DNA of 42,451 nucleotides from a virus (lineage: Duplodnaviria > Caudoviricetes): positions 1 to 42,451 of IMG/VR virus record IMGVR_UViG_3300048762_000095. One strand, written 5' to 3'. This document shows positions 18,499 to 28,375 of the stretch, piece by piece (within the stretch, counting starts at the first letter, position 1; the number at the start of each line of letters is the position of its first letter). Below the pieces are notes generated by a model that was given only the letters and a program-made list of their open reading frames with translations, ran no database searches and was not told the origin of the DNA. Position numbers and translations under genes: made by a program.

Positions 18499-19542
18499 TC
18501 AAAAATCAAACAAATCTCCATTATCTATTTTAACTGGTTTCGCCTCAAATCCTGATAGTGGGTTTCTCCAGCGGGGGCAGCCATCGAAGTGTTTAATTTC
18601 AATGGTTTCGCCGTCTTTAGCCACTAAATCTTCTTTATTTAATGAAGTTTTAATTACAATGCCATCCTTTACAATTACAAAATAGTCGTATGCCCAGCGA
18701 TAAGGACAGGCATACATTTTTGACCCGTCCTTTTTCAGTTGGTTTGGGTATTTCCCCATCCCACAAATCAGTTTTCCAGTAAAGGTATTTGTTCCGTAAC
18801 TTTTGTCGGCAGCCATATTTCCAGTTGCGTCCGCCTCACTAAAATTATTTATCTTTTCTTGGATATAAGCAAGATAAGCTTCAAAGCCTTTTAAAACATT
18901 TTCGTTAATCAGTGTTTCCACAATTGGGTCTTCGGGAAATTGAAGAAAGATAAACTTTACAATAGGTTTTAGTTTTGGCCAAAGTTTCGTGGCAATTAAA
19001 GCGTATGAGAACGCCTGAATATTCGCCGAGGCCTCCTCTCCCTCATACTTTTTTTTCGAGCTTTTGTAATCGTGAATGAGAATATTTTTGCCATTTTTAT
19101 GGATTTTATCAAGAAAGCCCTTGAGCCGAAATGGAGGGTCTTCGTTCACATAATCAAAAGCATATTCTATCCCAACCAATTTACTACCTTTAACAAAGAA
19201 GTCATGCTTTAAACCCGTTAGGATCATTTTTTCGATATGATTAAAAGAGTCTAATGGTAATTTAAGTTTCGCAATAGAATCCTGAACCTGTTTGAGGATA
19301 AATTCAGACGCAGAAATAGAATTAGCGGCAATGATTTTATCATATTCTGGTTTGTTTTTGTGTTCCAGCAAAAATTCAAAAGCCTCATGGCAAATCGACC
19401 CCTTACTTGCGCCATCATTAGAGGATTGAGGTGCTTTTAAAATATAGTTAGAATAATAGATGTAACTACAGTTTTCAAAAACACGAATACGCGATGCTGA
19501 AAGAGGAGTATGTTCTTTTTTTTGTTCTTCGTTTTGTTTCAT
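18499..19542 (-). CDS. PD-(D/E)XK nuclease (RecB/AddB/Cas4-like exonuclease)
   Basis: LSASRI..C, GSICH, E..LKGFLD..IHDYKS, Q..Y and C-terminal Cys residues; start placed at the ATGA overlap (19542). Confidence 0.85.
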   Translation of the reverse strand: MKQNEEQKKEHTPLSASRIRVFENCSYIYYSNYILKAPQSSNDGASKGSICHEAFEFLLEHKNKPEYDKIIAANSISASEFILKQVQDSIAKLKLPLDSFNHIEKMILTGLKHDFFVKGSKLVGIEYAFDYVNEDPPFRLKGFLDKIHKNGKNILIHDYKSSKKKYEGEEASANIQAFSYALIATKLWPKLKPIVKFIFLQFPEDPIVETLINENVLKGFEAYLAYIQEKINNFSEADATGNMAADKSYGTNTFTGKLICGMGKYPNQLKKDGSKMYACPYRWAYDYFVIVKDGIVIKTSLNKEDLVAKDGETIEIKHFDGCPRWRNPLSGFEAKPVKIDNGDLFDF

Positions 19543-20222
19543 AAATATTTCCATTGAAAATTACCACAAGATTTATTCTTCCCTTTTAAGACCATAACTA
19601 TTCCGCCGTTATCGAGATTTAAGGTTCTACACGCATCTATTATAGAGGGCCATGTTTTTATAATTTTTCCTGTATTTTTATTAATTTGTTGAACGGATTT
19701 TCTATTAGGGCTATTTTCACCATATTTTCCAAAATTTGGATTTTTATTTCCCATTGCGTGTCCAAATGGTTTTTTACTACCTAATAATTTTTCAGAAGTT
19801 TTCTTCTTAGATTCTTCGGAATGATGTTTTCCCAAAAACGGTCCAACTCTTCCCTTTCGTTTATCGGACATTTTTCTTTTGGTTTCTTCCGATACCTTCA
19901 CACCAGTTGTATCATTAGAAAATAAACATATATTGTATCCAACTTTAGGATTAGTGGAGTTAAAATATTCAATAAACGCGGTTTCTAAAGCTAATAGTTC
20001 TAAATTATTAACTTGTTCAAATTCTGCTAAAACCAAAAGGGTAAAATTTTCTGCCCCATATTTTTTTATAGCATTATCAATAATCTGCATTTTCCTACAG
20101 CGACATAAATGGGACTGAATTCTTCTTCTTAAATTATTTGCCTTTCCAATATAGATTTTACCATTAACTAAGTTAATGATCATGTAAATGGCAAAAAACC
20201 GATGACAATCTTTATAATTCAT
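19539..20222 (-). CDS. GIY-YIG homing endonuclease with NUMOD3/NUMOD1 DNA-binding repeats
   Basis: AIYMIINLVNGKIYIG..R..H, E..I, GYN; SEETKRKMS and HSEESKKK repeats; IKTWPSIIDA..GNFQW. Confidence 0.9.
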   Translation of the reverse strand: MNYKDCHRFFAIYMIINLVNGKIYIGKANNLRRRIQSHLCRCRKMQIIDNAIKKYGAENFTLLVLAEFEQVNNLELLALETAFIEYFNSTNPKVGYNICLFSNDTTGVKVSEETKRKMSDKRKGRVGPFLGKHHSEESKKKTSEKLLGSKKPFGHAMGNKNPNFGKYGENSPNRKSVQQINKNTGKIIKTWPSIIDACRTLNLDNGGIVMVLKGKNKSCGNFQWKYL

Positions 20223-21136
20223 AAATTTTCCTTACAAAACTTCTCTAATCCATCTTTATCGGCGAGAAGCCAGTCATTAATATCTTTATAGGGCAAATTA
20301 ATTATATTCAACTGACTTTCATCAAAATAAGATTGTAATTCTTTTTTTATATCTTTCGCGGCGTTATTTCCGACTGAATTCTTTTCTTCATCATTATTAA
20401 GACAGATATTAATTTTTGCAACATCATGTTTAAGTAAAAATGCAATCACGGCGGCACTCAAACTTACGCCAAATAATACCAAAACATTTTTAATGCCCAC
20501 TGTATAAAGCGCCAAAAAGTCACCAATTGATTCCACAAGCACAACCTGTTTTTTTTCTTTAATATATTGATAAGATTGCATGGGATATACCCATTCTTTC
20601 TTCTTTCCTATTAAAAGCCATTTAGGGTATTTTTCGTCATTGTTTAGTCTTCTTCCTGAGAACCCAACAAGTTCCCATTTTTCATTTATGATCGGAAATA
20701 CATATCGGCCAGTCATTCGTCCATTCCACGTTATTCCCCCTTGAAAAATGTCCAAGGTCTCATTTGAGATGCCTCTTTTGTTCCAATAAGAGTTATCATG
20801 GATTAACTTCAAAAGCATATCTTTTGAAAAAACTTTTTGCATTGTAATATGTTGTTCATAGTGATTGGATTTAATTTCGGAGTCTTCAAAGTTATTGTCT
20901 TTGAGAATCTTCTCTGCATCTTGATGTGTAAGAAGTTTTAGACTTCTTTGTACTAATTCAGTAAAAGAACCTCCTCTTCTTTCCACAAAGTCATAATAAA
21001 TTCCTGAGTCGCATTTTATTGATAAGGCAAAATCATTATTAGACTCACGGTACAACGGACGCGTGCTCCAATTATCACCCATTTGTTTAAGTGAAGTATA
21101 ACCAATTTTTTCTAATATGGTTTTGATGTCATTCAT
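20219..21136 (-). CDS. dnaG: DnaG-like primase (TOPRIM)
   Basis: RYVFPI..VGFSGR..PKW, LVESIGD, NND, KDIND; adjacent to helicase. Confidence 0.85.
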   Translation of the reverse strand: MNDIKTILEKIGYTSLKQMGDNWSTRPLYRESNNDFALSIKCDSGIYYDFVERRGGSFTELVQRSLKLLTHQDAEKILKDNNFEDSEIKSNHYEQHITMQKVFSKDMLLKLIHDNSYWNKRGISNETLDIFQGGITWNGRMTGRYVFPIINEKWELVGFSGRRLNNDEKYPKWLLIGKKKEWVYPMQSYQYIKEKKQVVLVESIGDFLALYTVGIKNVLVLFGVSLSAAVIAFLLKHDVAKINICLNNDEEKNSVGNNAAKDIKKELQSYFDESQLNIINLPYKDINDWLLADKDGLEKFCKENL

Positions 21137-22617
21137 TATTCTAAGATAATATCTCCTTTTTTCTCTTTATCAACGGCTTTAAAAGAAGAATTCTGGCGAA
21201 TAATACAGTCTTTCAACGAACCCCGCTCCTCTACAGAAAAATTACTAACATTAAAATTAAGAAAATTAGGTAAATATCTAGTTTTTCCATCGGGGAACGT
21301 CCGCTTAATAAAATCAATATGTCCCTGTGCATCACGCCCTTGGAAACGCGTAGCAATTTCTATTAATTTATGACTTCCACTTTCTAATGTATCTAACAAC
21401 ATTTCATCTTCTGTTCTTCTACGGAAGATGCCTAGGTAACTCGTGAACCATTGTAGGCGATCTGAAGTTGCGACAGCCGACCCATCATCAGTAATATCAC
21501 TTGATTGTTTGCCTCTATTTTCTCCCGACCTATTCAATTGTATTGCTGTCAAAAAAGGAAAATCTAATTCAACAGAAAGAGATCTAAATTTATCTACTTT
21601 TTCGCCAATAGCATGATGCTCTTGGTGAAATCCAGATAGTTTTTCGCCAGTTAGTTTTAGATAATCATAAACAACAATGCATTTTCCACCTCTTCCTACA
21701 TTAGATAAATGCCATCTTCTAATAATTGAGCATACTTCATCAACTGGTTTATTACCTACATAATAATGAAAAACTTTATTTTTGAAAAATTTAAGTGTTG
21801 TTCTTACCTTGTAAACATATTCTTCGTTCTTCCTCCAGTTTCCTGTCTCAAGAAACCAAGTAGGAACACCACTAACACTTGACGCCGTTCTGAATCTCTG
21901 TTCCTCAGAACTCATCTCTGTGTCTAAAAAAAGTATTGGTATATTATGTATCTCACCCATTTTAGAAGCCCAATAAGAAAGCATTGTTGTTTTACCTTGT
22001 TTAGGGCGTGAGGCTATAGCGTATATATTTCCGCCACGTAAACCACCATACAAACGATTATATTCCTTAAATGGAGTAATTAGTCCAATATCATCAATTG
22101 GATTATTACCTCTCTCCTCAATCATTTCTAATAAACCATCATAAAGATTTTCTGGTTTAGAAGAATTATCTAGTTGATTTATATTTTCGCCATACAAGGC
22201 ATCAACTTCAAGAATAGTTTTGGTCAAGTCTTGATTAGCAGATTTATTAACATGATTTTCTATTTTATGGCAAGTTTCTTCTAAGTCTCTAAGAACTTTT
22301 AATTTTATTAATTCCTTACTGGCTTCTATTGTCGCCTCTAGTGTGATAGGGGAAAAGCAAATTGACTCGACATACGAAAAAATGTCCAGATCTTCAGCAA
22401 AGCTAATTCCTAAATTTTTTATAGATTGGGCGATTAAAACCTTATCTAACTGTTTATTGTCAAGAAGAAGTGACTTTATACAAGAAAAAATAACAGAATG
22501 AACTTTACTGGTAAAACAGTTTTCACTTAAAAATCGTTCTACTTCTGGGAAAACACTAGGATTATTAATTATTCCATTGAGTGTATGACGTTCAAGCTGT
22601 AAAGAAACTAAAGACAT
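21136..22617 (-). CDS. dnaB: Replicative DNA helicase
   Basis: Walker A ASRPKQGKT, DTEMS, VYDYL, QLNR; N-terminal DnaB-like domain. Confidence 0.93.
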   Translation of the reverse strand: MSLVSLQLERHTLNGIINNPSVFPEVERFLSENCFTSKVHSVIFSCIKSLLLDNKQLDKVLIAQSIKNLGISFAEDLDIFSYVESICFSPITLEATIEASKELIKLKVLRDLEETCHKIENHVNKSANQDLTKTILEVDALYGENINQLDNSSKPENLYDGLLEMIEERGNNPIDDIGLITPFKEYNRLYGGLRGGNIYAIASRPKQGKTTMLSYWASKMGEIHNIPILFLDTEMSSEEQRFRTASSVSGVPTWFLETGNWRKNEEYVYKVRTTLKFFKNKVFHYYVGNKPVDEVCSIIRRWHLSNVGRGGKCIVVYDYLKLTGEKLSGFHQEHHAIGEKVDKFRSLSVELDFPFLTAIQLNRSGENRGKQSSDITDDGSAVATSDRLQWFTSYLGIFRRRTEDEMLLDTLESGSHKLIEIATRFQGRDAQGHIDFIKRTFPDGKTRYLPNFLNFNVSNFSVEERGSLKDCIIRQNSSFKAVDKEKKGDIILE

Positions 22618-22622
22618 ACCAT

Positions 22623-22651
22623 ATACTATATGGATTTTAGATAAAAGTCAA
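22623..22651 (-). promoter_or_regulatory. sigma70-type promoter TTGACT-17-TAGTAT, 5 nt upstream of the dnaB ATG
   Basis: -35 at 22646-22651, -10 at 22623-22628. Confidence 0.75.
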
Positions 22652-22655
22652 GGAT

Positions 22656-22937
22656 TTAATCTTCTTCTTCGTCATCATCTACATTGTTGGCAATTATTTG
22701 TTCTTTGGTAGACTCCAAGGTAATATCGTTTATAGCCTTACAGTAGTCAGACATAAATTTGGTTAATGCTATGGCGCAGACTGGACTATCAAAAGTACTT
22801 GCATACTCAGGTTGTCCCGTTTCATTATTAATAAAAAAAAGTACAAACCCCCCCGCGCAAAATTCATTCAGCCTATTTAATTCGCTGATTGGAATTCGCC
22901 CTTCGTTTATAGAATTATCTTTATCTTCCATATTCAT
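22656..22937 (-). CDS. Acidic hypothetical protein
   Basis: 93-aa ORF with acidic tail, preceded by an AGTGTAA motif. Confidence 0.7.
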   Translation of the reverse strand: MNMEDKDNSINEGRIPISELNRLNEFCAGGFVLFFINNETGQPEYASTFDSPVCAIALTKFMSDYCKAINDITLESTKEQIIANNVDDDEEED

Positions 22938-22970
22938 ATATTACACTCTTTATTATTGTTCAATAATTTA

Positions 22971-23387
22971 TTATAGTAATATATCAAATTTATTCTTAAA
23001 AAACTCTTTGGACAATAAATCTATTTCGTCTTCGTTAATTTCAATTAATTTAAAATCATTTTTTGCCAACCATTCAGATTTCTTTACATCATTTTTGTAA
23101 CCTTTTAAATATCTGTTTGGGTCGTTGTTATGGAAGAAGGGATTGAAGGCAGAGTGTTGTTTCCCGTTCGTTTCAATGGCGATTTTAAGAGTTAAATTTA
23201 CTAAATCTACATGTAAAAGAGTTCCAGCGCAAGGCATTTCCTCCATGATAATCATTCCGCTCCAATATGGTTTCAGAAATTGTTTAACTTTAAATTGAAT
23301 AATAGAACGACATTTCCCATCCCATTTTATAAGAAACTTATTTAAATTTTTATTAACAAGTTTTCCGCTTAGAGTATAAAATCTCAT
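22971..23387 (-). CDS. Vsr/DUF559-like endonuclease
   Basis: EE..C..HVD...IAIETNGKQH...D..K..W...LIEI. Confidence 0.75.
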   Translation of the reverse strand: MRFYTLSGKLVNKNLNKFLIKWDGKCRSIIQFKVKQFLKPYWSGMIIMEEMPCAGTLLHVDLVNLTLKIAIETNGKQHSAFNPFFHNNDPNRYLKGYKNDVKKSEWLAKNDFKLIEINEDEIDLLSKEFFKNKFDILL

Positions 23388-23392
23388 AAATA

Positions 23393-25582
23393 TTATCCAA
23401 TCGTATCTTTTAACTTATTTACAATCCACTTAGTAATTTCTGGATTTTGTTCAAAATAATCAGAGAATTGTCCGATACCTTGATGTTTAACCTTCAAGTC
23501 GATCTTATCCTCGGTTGCCATACTTTTAATAACGTCAGAAAATTCAATCCAAGCACCACTCTGCTTAATTAAACTATTCATAAAGCACACATCAAAGATT
23601 TCTTTTTCTGTCCATACGCAATTACCAGTCTTACCTTTTTTAATAGGGACTTCAACGGTCAAACCAGTGTCATCTGTAGCGGATTTCTTAATATCAACCG
23701 TGGCAATAACTCCAAGAATTTTATTCTTGATAGGATCGGGTTTTTTGTCGTTTGGATCTTCAAGAATAAGACTGCTACGAGAACGTTGTCTATAATAAAA
23801 ACCATAAGAAGCTAAATGATTAAGAGCATGAGTATTATTACCATCCATCATATGTGGAGCATCAGGAGAATATTGATCTAATTTAAAAACTGCTGCATAC
23901 TGCGTAATCATAATTAAAAACGCATTATATCCTTGAATTTCTTGTCCAAGTTGACGGAACATTTCTTTAGTGAGCCAATTAACGCCAGCGGGTCTCTTAT
24001 TTTCACCAATCTTTTTGTCGTCGGATTCGGACAGTTTCAACATATCAACGCTATCAATAATAATACATAGATGCTCACCTTGCTCGTGCATGGAAACAAG
24101 TAGAGACTTTAGTGTATTTGCAATAGTATTAAAATCATTAGTTTGGAAGATGAAGACAGAACCATAGTCCCAAGTGTCAGCGGACATTGTATATTTTAAA
24201 CCAGTTCTTTCTTGGATTTCTGAACCAAATTTAGCTTCAGCGTTTACATAAATCGTCTTACTTTTGGGAAAGGTAGCCATGTAGTTTTGGGCAAATAATA
24301 AAGACTGAGAACTATTATGTGTTAAATTGAATCCGTCAGTGATATACAAACTATCTTCATGTTGAACTTTAATACACACGCATTCTTCATAACCATAATC
24401 CTCAATAGAAATAATATATTTTTCGGTTTCGGTTTCTCGATTTTTATAAATATTAACTTTTCTACTTAATTTAAATGGACAAAAGTCTGTAAAACTAATA
24501 TGAACACGATAATTTCTATGTCCATCCTTTTTTACTCCCTTATATATAAAAGTAGGAATTCTTGACGAAATCGTGGCCCGCCCGCCAAGACTTCTAACGA
24601 GAAAAACCACATCATTTGCTAACTGTTCTGAAGATGAAGAGTATTCAATTATACCAGTATTTTTACGGGATAATCCCCCATCAGTATCTAATAGCCCCTG
24701 CAACAAACTTTTCCTATTTTCTATGCTATTAAAAAGATAGTTTTTGGGAACAAATTTATCATAAGAAAGTTTGCCATAAAGTCCCAGATTTTTAAGAATA
24801 TTTACTATGTTCATTCCATATAAATCATATTCATATTTTGTCGTTCTTTTCTTATTCACCTTTACATTTTCTGGTAGAATATGAGTAATTCTTTCTATTG
24901 TTTCTTCGTCTGCCGTCGTAAAGCCAATTCTATATTTATCTTTACGAAAACATCCGTCTCCCAATATCAAACCCAATAAATAACTATCCAAGGGTAAATC
25001 TTTTTGTTGTTTTTTAAAAACAACTGGTTTGACGTATGGAATAGAATGATTATATTTATAATAACTATTTTTATCCCCTATTAGGAGGGTCTTCTTTATT
25101 TGATTTGTAGTCTTGACGCATCCGCGCTTTTCGTTGTTTCTATCATTAGAGTCTTTAGTAAACCATAAATGTTCATCACAACAAAATACATTGGTTTTAT
25201 CGGAAAAGGTCACTTTATTAACTTTTAATTTACCTTGTGGAATAATATATAATATTTGTCTTGATTGACCGTCTGACCCGACAACTAAATCTCCTTGTTT
25301 GAGGGAACCTATTGGACTCCAACCAGTTGGGGTTAATACATTCGACCATAATGGTTGAGCCTTACCTACTTCTTGTGGCCCACCAATACGAATAGTTGTT
25401 CCAGATTTAACTTTCACAAACATATCTAACTTTAGAGAACCTGATGGGATAATTTTTTGTGGTTCTTGGTCGAAGTTGAAATGGGTTTCTTTATACCCCT
25501 TCAAAAGGGCGCCCAAAAGGTTTTTTGAGACTTCTTCATTTCCCGATACTTCTTTAATTGCTTCTTGTTTAATTTTTGCCAT
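23393..25582 (-). CDS. recA: RecA/UvsX-like recombinase with intein
   Basis: PSGSLKLD, P-loop GPQEVGK|S interrupted by the intein, YVNAE, IIDSV, C-terminal GAW..F..QG. Confidence 0.88.
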   Translation of the reverse strand: MAKIKQEAIKEVSGNEEVSKNLLGALLKGYKETHFNFDQEPQKIIPSGSLKLDMFVKVKSGTTIRIGGPQEVGKAQPLWSNVLTPTGWSPIGSLKQGDLVVGSDGQSRQILYIIPQGKLKVNKVTFSDKTNVFCCDEHLWFTKDSNDRNNEKRGCVKTTNQIKKTLLIGDKNSYYKYNHSIPYVKPVVFKKQQKDLPLDSYLLGLILGDGCFRKDKYRIGFTTADEETIERITHILPENVKVNKKRTTKYEYDLYGMNIVNILKNLGLYGKLSYDKFVPKNYLFNSIENRKSLLQGLLDTDGGLSRKNTGIIEYSSSSEQLANDVVFLVRSLGGRATISSRIPTFIYKGVKKDGHRNYRVHISFTDFCPFKLSRKVNIYKNRETETEKYIISIEDYGYEECVCIKVQHEDSLYITDGFNLTHNSSQSLLFAQNYMATFPKSKTIYVNAEAKFGSEIQERTGLKYTMSADTWDYGSVFIFQTNDFNTIANTLKSLLVSMHEQGEHLCIIIDSVDMLKLSESDDKKIGENKRPAGVNWLTKEMFRQLGQEIQGYNAFLIMITQYAAVFKLDQYSPDAPHMMDGNNTHALNHLASYGFYYRQRSRSSLILEDPNDKKPDPIKNKILGVIATVDIKKSATDDTGLTVEVPIKKGKTGNCVWTEKEIFDVCFMNSLIKQSGAWIEFSDVIKSMATEDKIDLKVKHQGIGQFSDYFEQNPEITKWIVNKLKDTIG
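24314..25360 (-). mobile_element. Ala-starting (class 3-type) intein (349 aa) with LAGLIDADG endonuclease in the RecA P-loop
   Basis: Junctions GK|AQPL ... LTHN|SSQ; HLW (block B Trp), CVCIKV (block F Cys), THN (block G Thr); LLGLILGDG and LQGLLDTDG. Confidence 0.9.
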
Positions 25583-25588
25583 AATAGT

Positions 25589-25960
25589 TTATTTGTATAG
25601 ATTTAAAAATTCTTTAAGTGTTTGAGGTTTTCTCTCTATTATAACGTCTTCGCCCACTTTTTCTTGTTCTAATTGGATGTTTTTTATTTGGGGGGATAAA
25701 TCAGTAGTGTTTAACTTATAATCCATAATATAAGCGTTTAAGTAGGAATAACCCTCCTTACAGGAGAGCCATAAAAGGGTATTAATTTTCTTATTATCTG
25801 GAAGGGGAACCCAAAGAAGAAACCCTAAGGAATATTTTTCAATGAGGTTTTTTGCAAATTTAGACTCTTTTCCATAGAAGGAAGGATGCGGCTTGCCGTT
25901 TACTGCGACAAACCGATAAACAACCTGTAAATTATCACTAATTTTACGAACCTTTACCAT
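25589..25960 (-). CDS. Hypothetical protein
   Basis: 123-aa ORF in the operon upstream of recA. Confidence 0.7.
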   Translation of the reverse strand: MVKVRKISDNLQVVYRFVAVNGKPHPSFYGKESKFAKNLIEKYSLGFLLWVPLPDNKKINTLLWLSCKEGYSYLNAYIMDYKLNTTDLSPQIKNIQLEQEKVGEDVIIERKPQTLKEFLNLYK

Positions 25961-25974
25961 TTAACAATGGTAAC

Positions 25975-27036
25975 TTAACTTTGTGATTTTGTCAACTCAA
26001 AAACATCGGGTCGAATAGGTGTTTGTCCAGATTCGAGTTGGTAGTCAAAACGACACATTAATTCAATATGTTTTTTAAATGAAATGCGTTCTGGAATCCA
26101 ACCCAATTCTTTTTGAGCTTTCGTAGAATCAGCAATAAGTCTTACTACTTCGTTAGGGCGTTTTAACGAGTCGTCAAATTTAACATACTTTTTCCAATCA
26201 AGGTTAAAATGTCCAAAGGCTTCTTGCACGAATTCTTCCCCCCAATGAGTAACGCCATTACCAACAACATAATTATCTGGTTTTTCCTTATTTAACATTT
26301 TCCACATGGCCTCGACTGCAAAATCACTATAATGCTCATCTCTAGCCCATTCTAAATGCCCTAATTTTAATTCAGTAGCTTTACCCAAGGCAATTTGGGC
26401 AGCGGTATTAGTAATCTTTCTTGATACGAAGTCTTTTGAGCGATAAGTATTAGAATGATTAAAAAGGATACCATAACAACAAAACATACCCGAATCTAAT
26501 GAATCACGATAAAAATTTATCCATCTTGCCCCTAATGCTTTCCCTATAGCATATGGAGAACGAGGATTCCATATACATTCTTCATTAAAAGTTCCACTAT
26601 CAATACCACCAACTAATTCGCTTGTAGCGGCAAAGTAAGTGCGGGTTTTAGGGCTTAAATTTTTTAAACATTCCAGAAAATAGTAAACGGATTGACCGTT
26701 TGTTTGAATGGCTAATTCTTTATTTCTAAATGATTCTCCAACATGAGAATTCGCGGCTAATAAATAAAGTTCATCAATTCTACTGTGACGTTTAATTACT
26801 GATTTAATACATTCATTAACGCTATTTTGACATGAAATATCGCATATTTCTAAATATAGTTCTGCATTTGGATTTTGTTCTAAATCAGATTTAAAAAGAG
26901 ATTTTATTTTAGATTCATCCCAAAAAGAATTACGCCGATAAGTTAGAATAACCTTATAGTTTTTGCTTAAAAGAAGATGGCAAAGTGTTTTTGCATCCAT
27001 TCCATTTGAACCAGTAATTAAAGCGATATTATTCAT
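25975..27036 (-). CDS. gmd: GDP-mannose 4,6-dehydratase-like SDR enzyme (divergent)
   Basis: LITGSNGMD, LAANSHVGESF, ATSEL, PRSPYAIGK, GILFNH, FVSRKI, LKLG.L...RD, RPNEV. Confidence 0.85.
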   Translation of the reverse strand: MNNIALITGSNGMDAKTLCHLLLSKNYKVILTYRRNSFWDESKIKSLFKSDLEQNPNAELYLEICDISCQNSVNECIKSVIKRHSRIDELYLLAANSHVGESFRNKELAIQTNGQSVYYFLECLKNLSPKTRTYFAATSELVGGIDSGTFNEECIWNPRSPYAIGKALGARWINFYRDSLDSGMFCCYGILFNHSNTYRSKDFVSRKITNTAAQIALGKATELKLGHLEWARDEHYSDFAVEAMWKMLNKEKPDNYVVGNGVTHWGEEFVQEAFGHFNLDWKKYVKFDDSLKRPNEVVRLIADSTKAQKELGWIPERISFKKHIELMCRFDYQLESGQTPIRPDVFELTKSQS

Positions 27037-27464
27037 GTTATGTATTTTAAGATAAAGTCACTACAAATTCCAATTGATTTAGATATATTAGTATTATATT
27101 TCTCTGGTAAAACAATTATACTATTGTTAATAGGAATTTCTGATGGAAACGACCAAATATATCCTCTGCTTGTTAAAGTCACTTTATCATTTTCGTGCCA
27201 AAAACAATGAATATACTTATTTTCTTTCATTTTTACTAGAGCTTCAATATTTTTGGCGTGACACCATAAAGCTGGATTTTCTAAAAACTCTTCGCCAACC
27301 TGATATTGTGGTCTATCATGTCCTAAAAAATATGCATTGTTTTTATACCATACGTCTATTTCGCATTCCATCTCCAATTCTAAAACCTTTATAATTTGTT
27401 GTGGGTTATTTTCTTTATTAATATCAATACCAGAAATATTTCCACGATGACTAATAAGTTTCAT
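27033..27464 (-). CDS. Small glycerophosphodiester phosphodiesterase/PLC-like protein
   Basis: LISHRGN..EN, EIDVW, LGHD, WCHAKN, GICSD. Confidence 0.75.
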   Translation of the reverse strand: MKLISHRGNISGIDINKENNPQQIIKVLELEMECEIDVWYKNNAYFLGHDRPQYQVGEEFLENPALWCHAKNIEALVKMKENKYIHCFWHENDKVTLTSRGYIWSFPSEIPINNSIIVLPEKYNTNISKSIGICSDFILKYIT

Positions 27465-28342
27465 ATTTTTTGATAACTTAACAAATTTTTTGTTTTTTCT
27501 AAATCTTCATATCCAAATGGAAGAATATAGTTATTTCTATGCTTGAAAGCTTCTTCTTCTGATTTAAACCAACCAACTTTTATAATAGGTTTATCTCTTT
27601 TATAAAAATATGCCATCCATTTTTTCATTGTTTTAGAATAACTAACCCCATTATATCGAGAAGATGTTTTCTTTTTTAATCTAAGTAAATCCATTAAAAG
27701 ATTTTGATAAATAGCATATTTTCTAGTTAAAAATAAATTAGCATTATTATATATGAAATCACAGAATAATTTAACTTGATTATTCCCAGAAATATGTAAT
27801 TTATATATTTTACCATTCTTCTTAATACTAAATCTAATATTAGATGGTAAAAATGATGATAGTGTTTTTAAAAACATTTCCGAAGATAATATTGATATTC
27901 TATATTTTGGAGTTTTTCTTCCTTTATAACAATATCCACCAATGCTTCCATCTCCATCAAAATAACCACGAATAAAATGGGAGATTAAATGATTCGGTAT
28001 GTTGTGTGGAAATTCTATTGTTAAAGATTTTCTTGGGGTTACTCCATGCGATAATAGGTCATTAGAAATCTTTTTGTTAAATACTTCAAATTTATATTGT
28101 GGCTTTGAATTACCGTAGGCTTTTCTATAAATTAATTTTCTATCCTTATTTGGAAATATTTCGGCATTAAGAACTTCTAAAATATATTTATCATCTTCTT
28201 GCAAAGAAATAAAACATCGTGTATGCGTTCTAGTAATAAAATTACAACCATCAGCACAAAATAACCCCAAAAAATAAGCTTTTTTTTCGTTATTTATATC
28301 CTCAAAAAAACTAGTTTCTATTTTGTATTGCGATTGTTTCAT
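27461..28342 (-). CDS. Free-standing LAGLIDADG homing endonuclease with C-terminal AP2-like domain
   Basis: AYFLGLFCADG and FIRGYFDGDGS; tail SSRYNGVSY..KKW.A..VGWFKSEEEA. Confidence 0.88.
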   Translation of the reverse strand: MKQSQYKIETSFFEDINNEKKAYFLGLFCADGCNFITRTHTRCFISLQEDDKYILEVLNAEIFPNKDRKLIYRKAYGNSKPQYKFEVFNKKISNDLLSHGVTPRKSLTIEFPHNIPNHLISHFIRGYFDGDGSIGGYCYKGRKTPKYRISILSSEMFLKTLSSFLPSNIRFSIKKNGKIYKLHISGNNQVKLFCDFIYNNANLFLTRKYAIYQNLLMDLLRLKKKTSSRYNGVSYSKTMKKWMAYFYKRDKPIIKVGWFKSEEEAFKHRNNYILPFGYEDLEKTKNLLSYQKI

Positions 28343-28375
28343 ATTAATATATACACTGGATAATACAGTAATTCA

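Noticed and set aside
18499-19542. Cas4 as part of a CRISPR system
   Set aside because: No cas genes or array nearby; the replication context fits a phage recombination exonuclease
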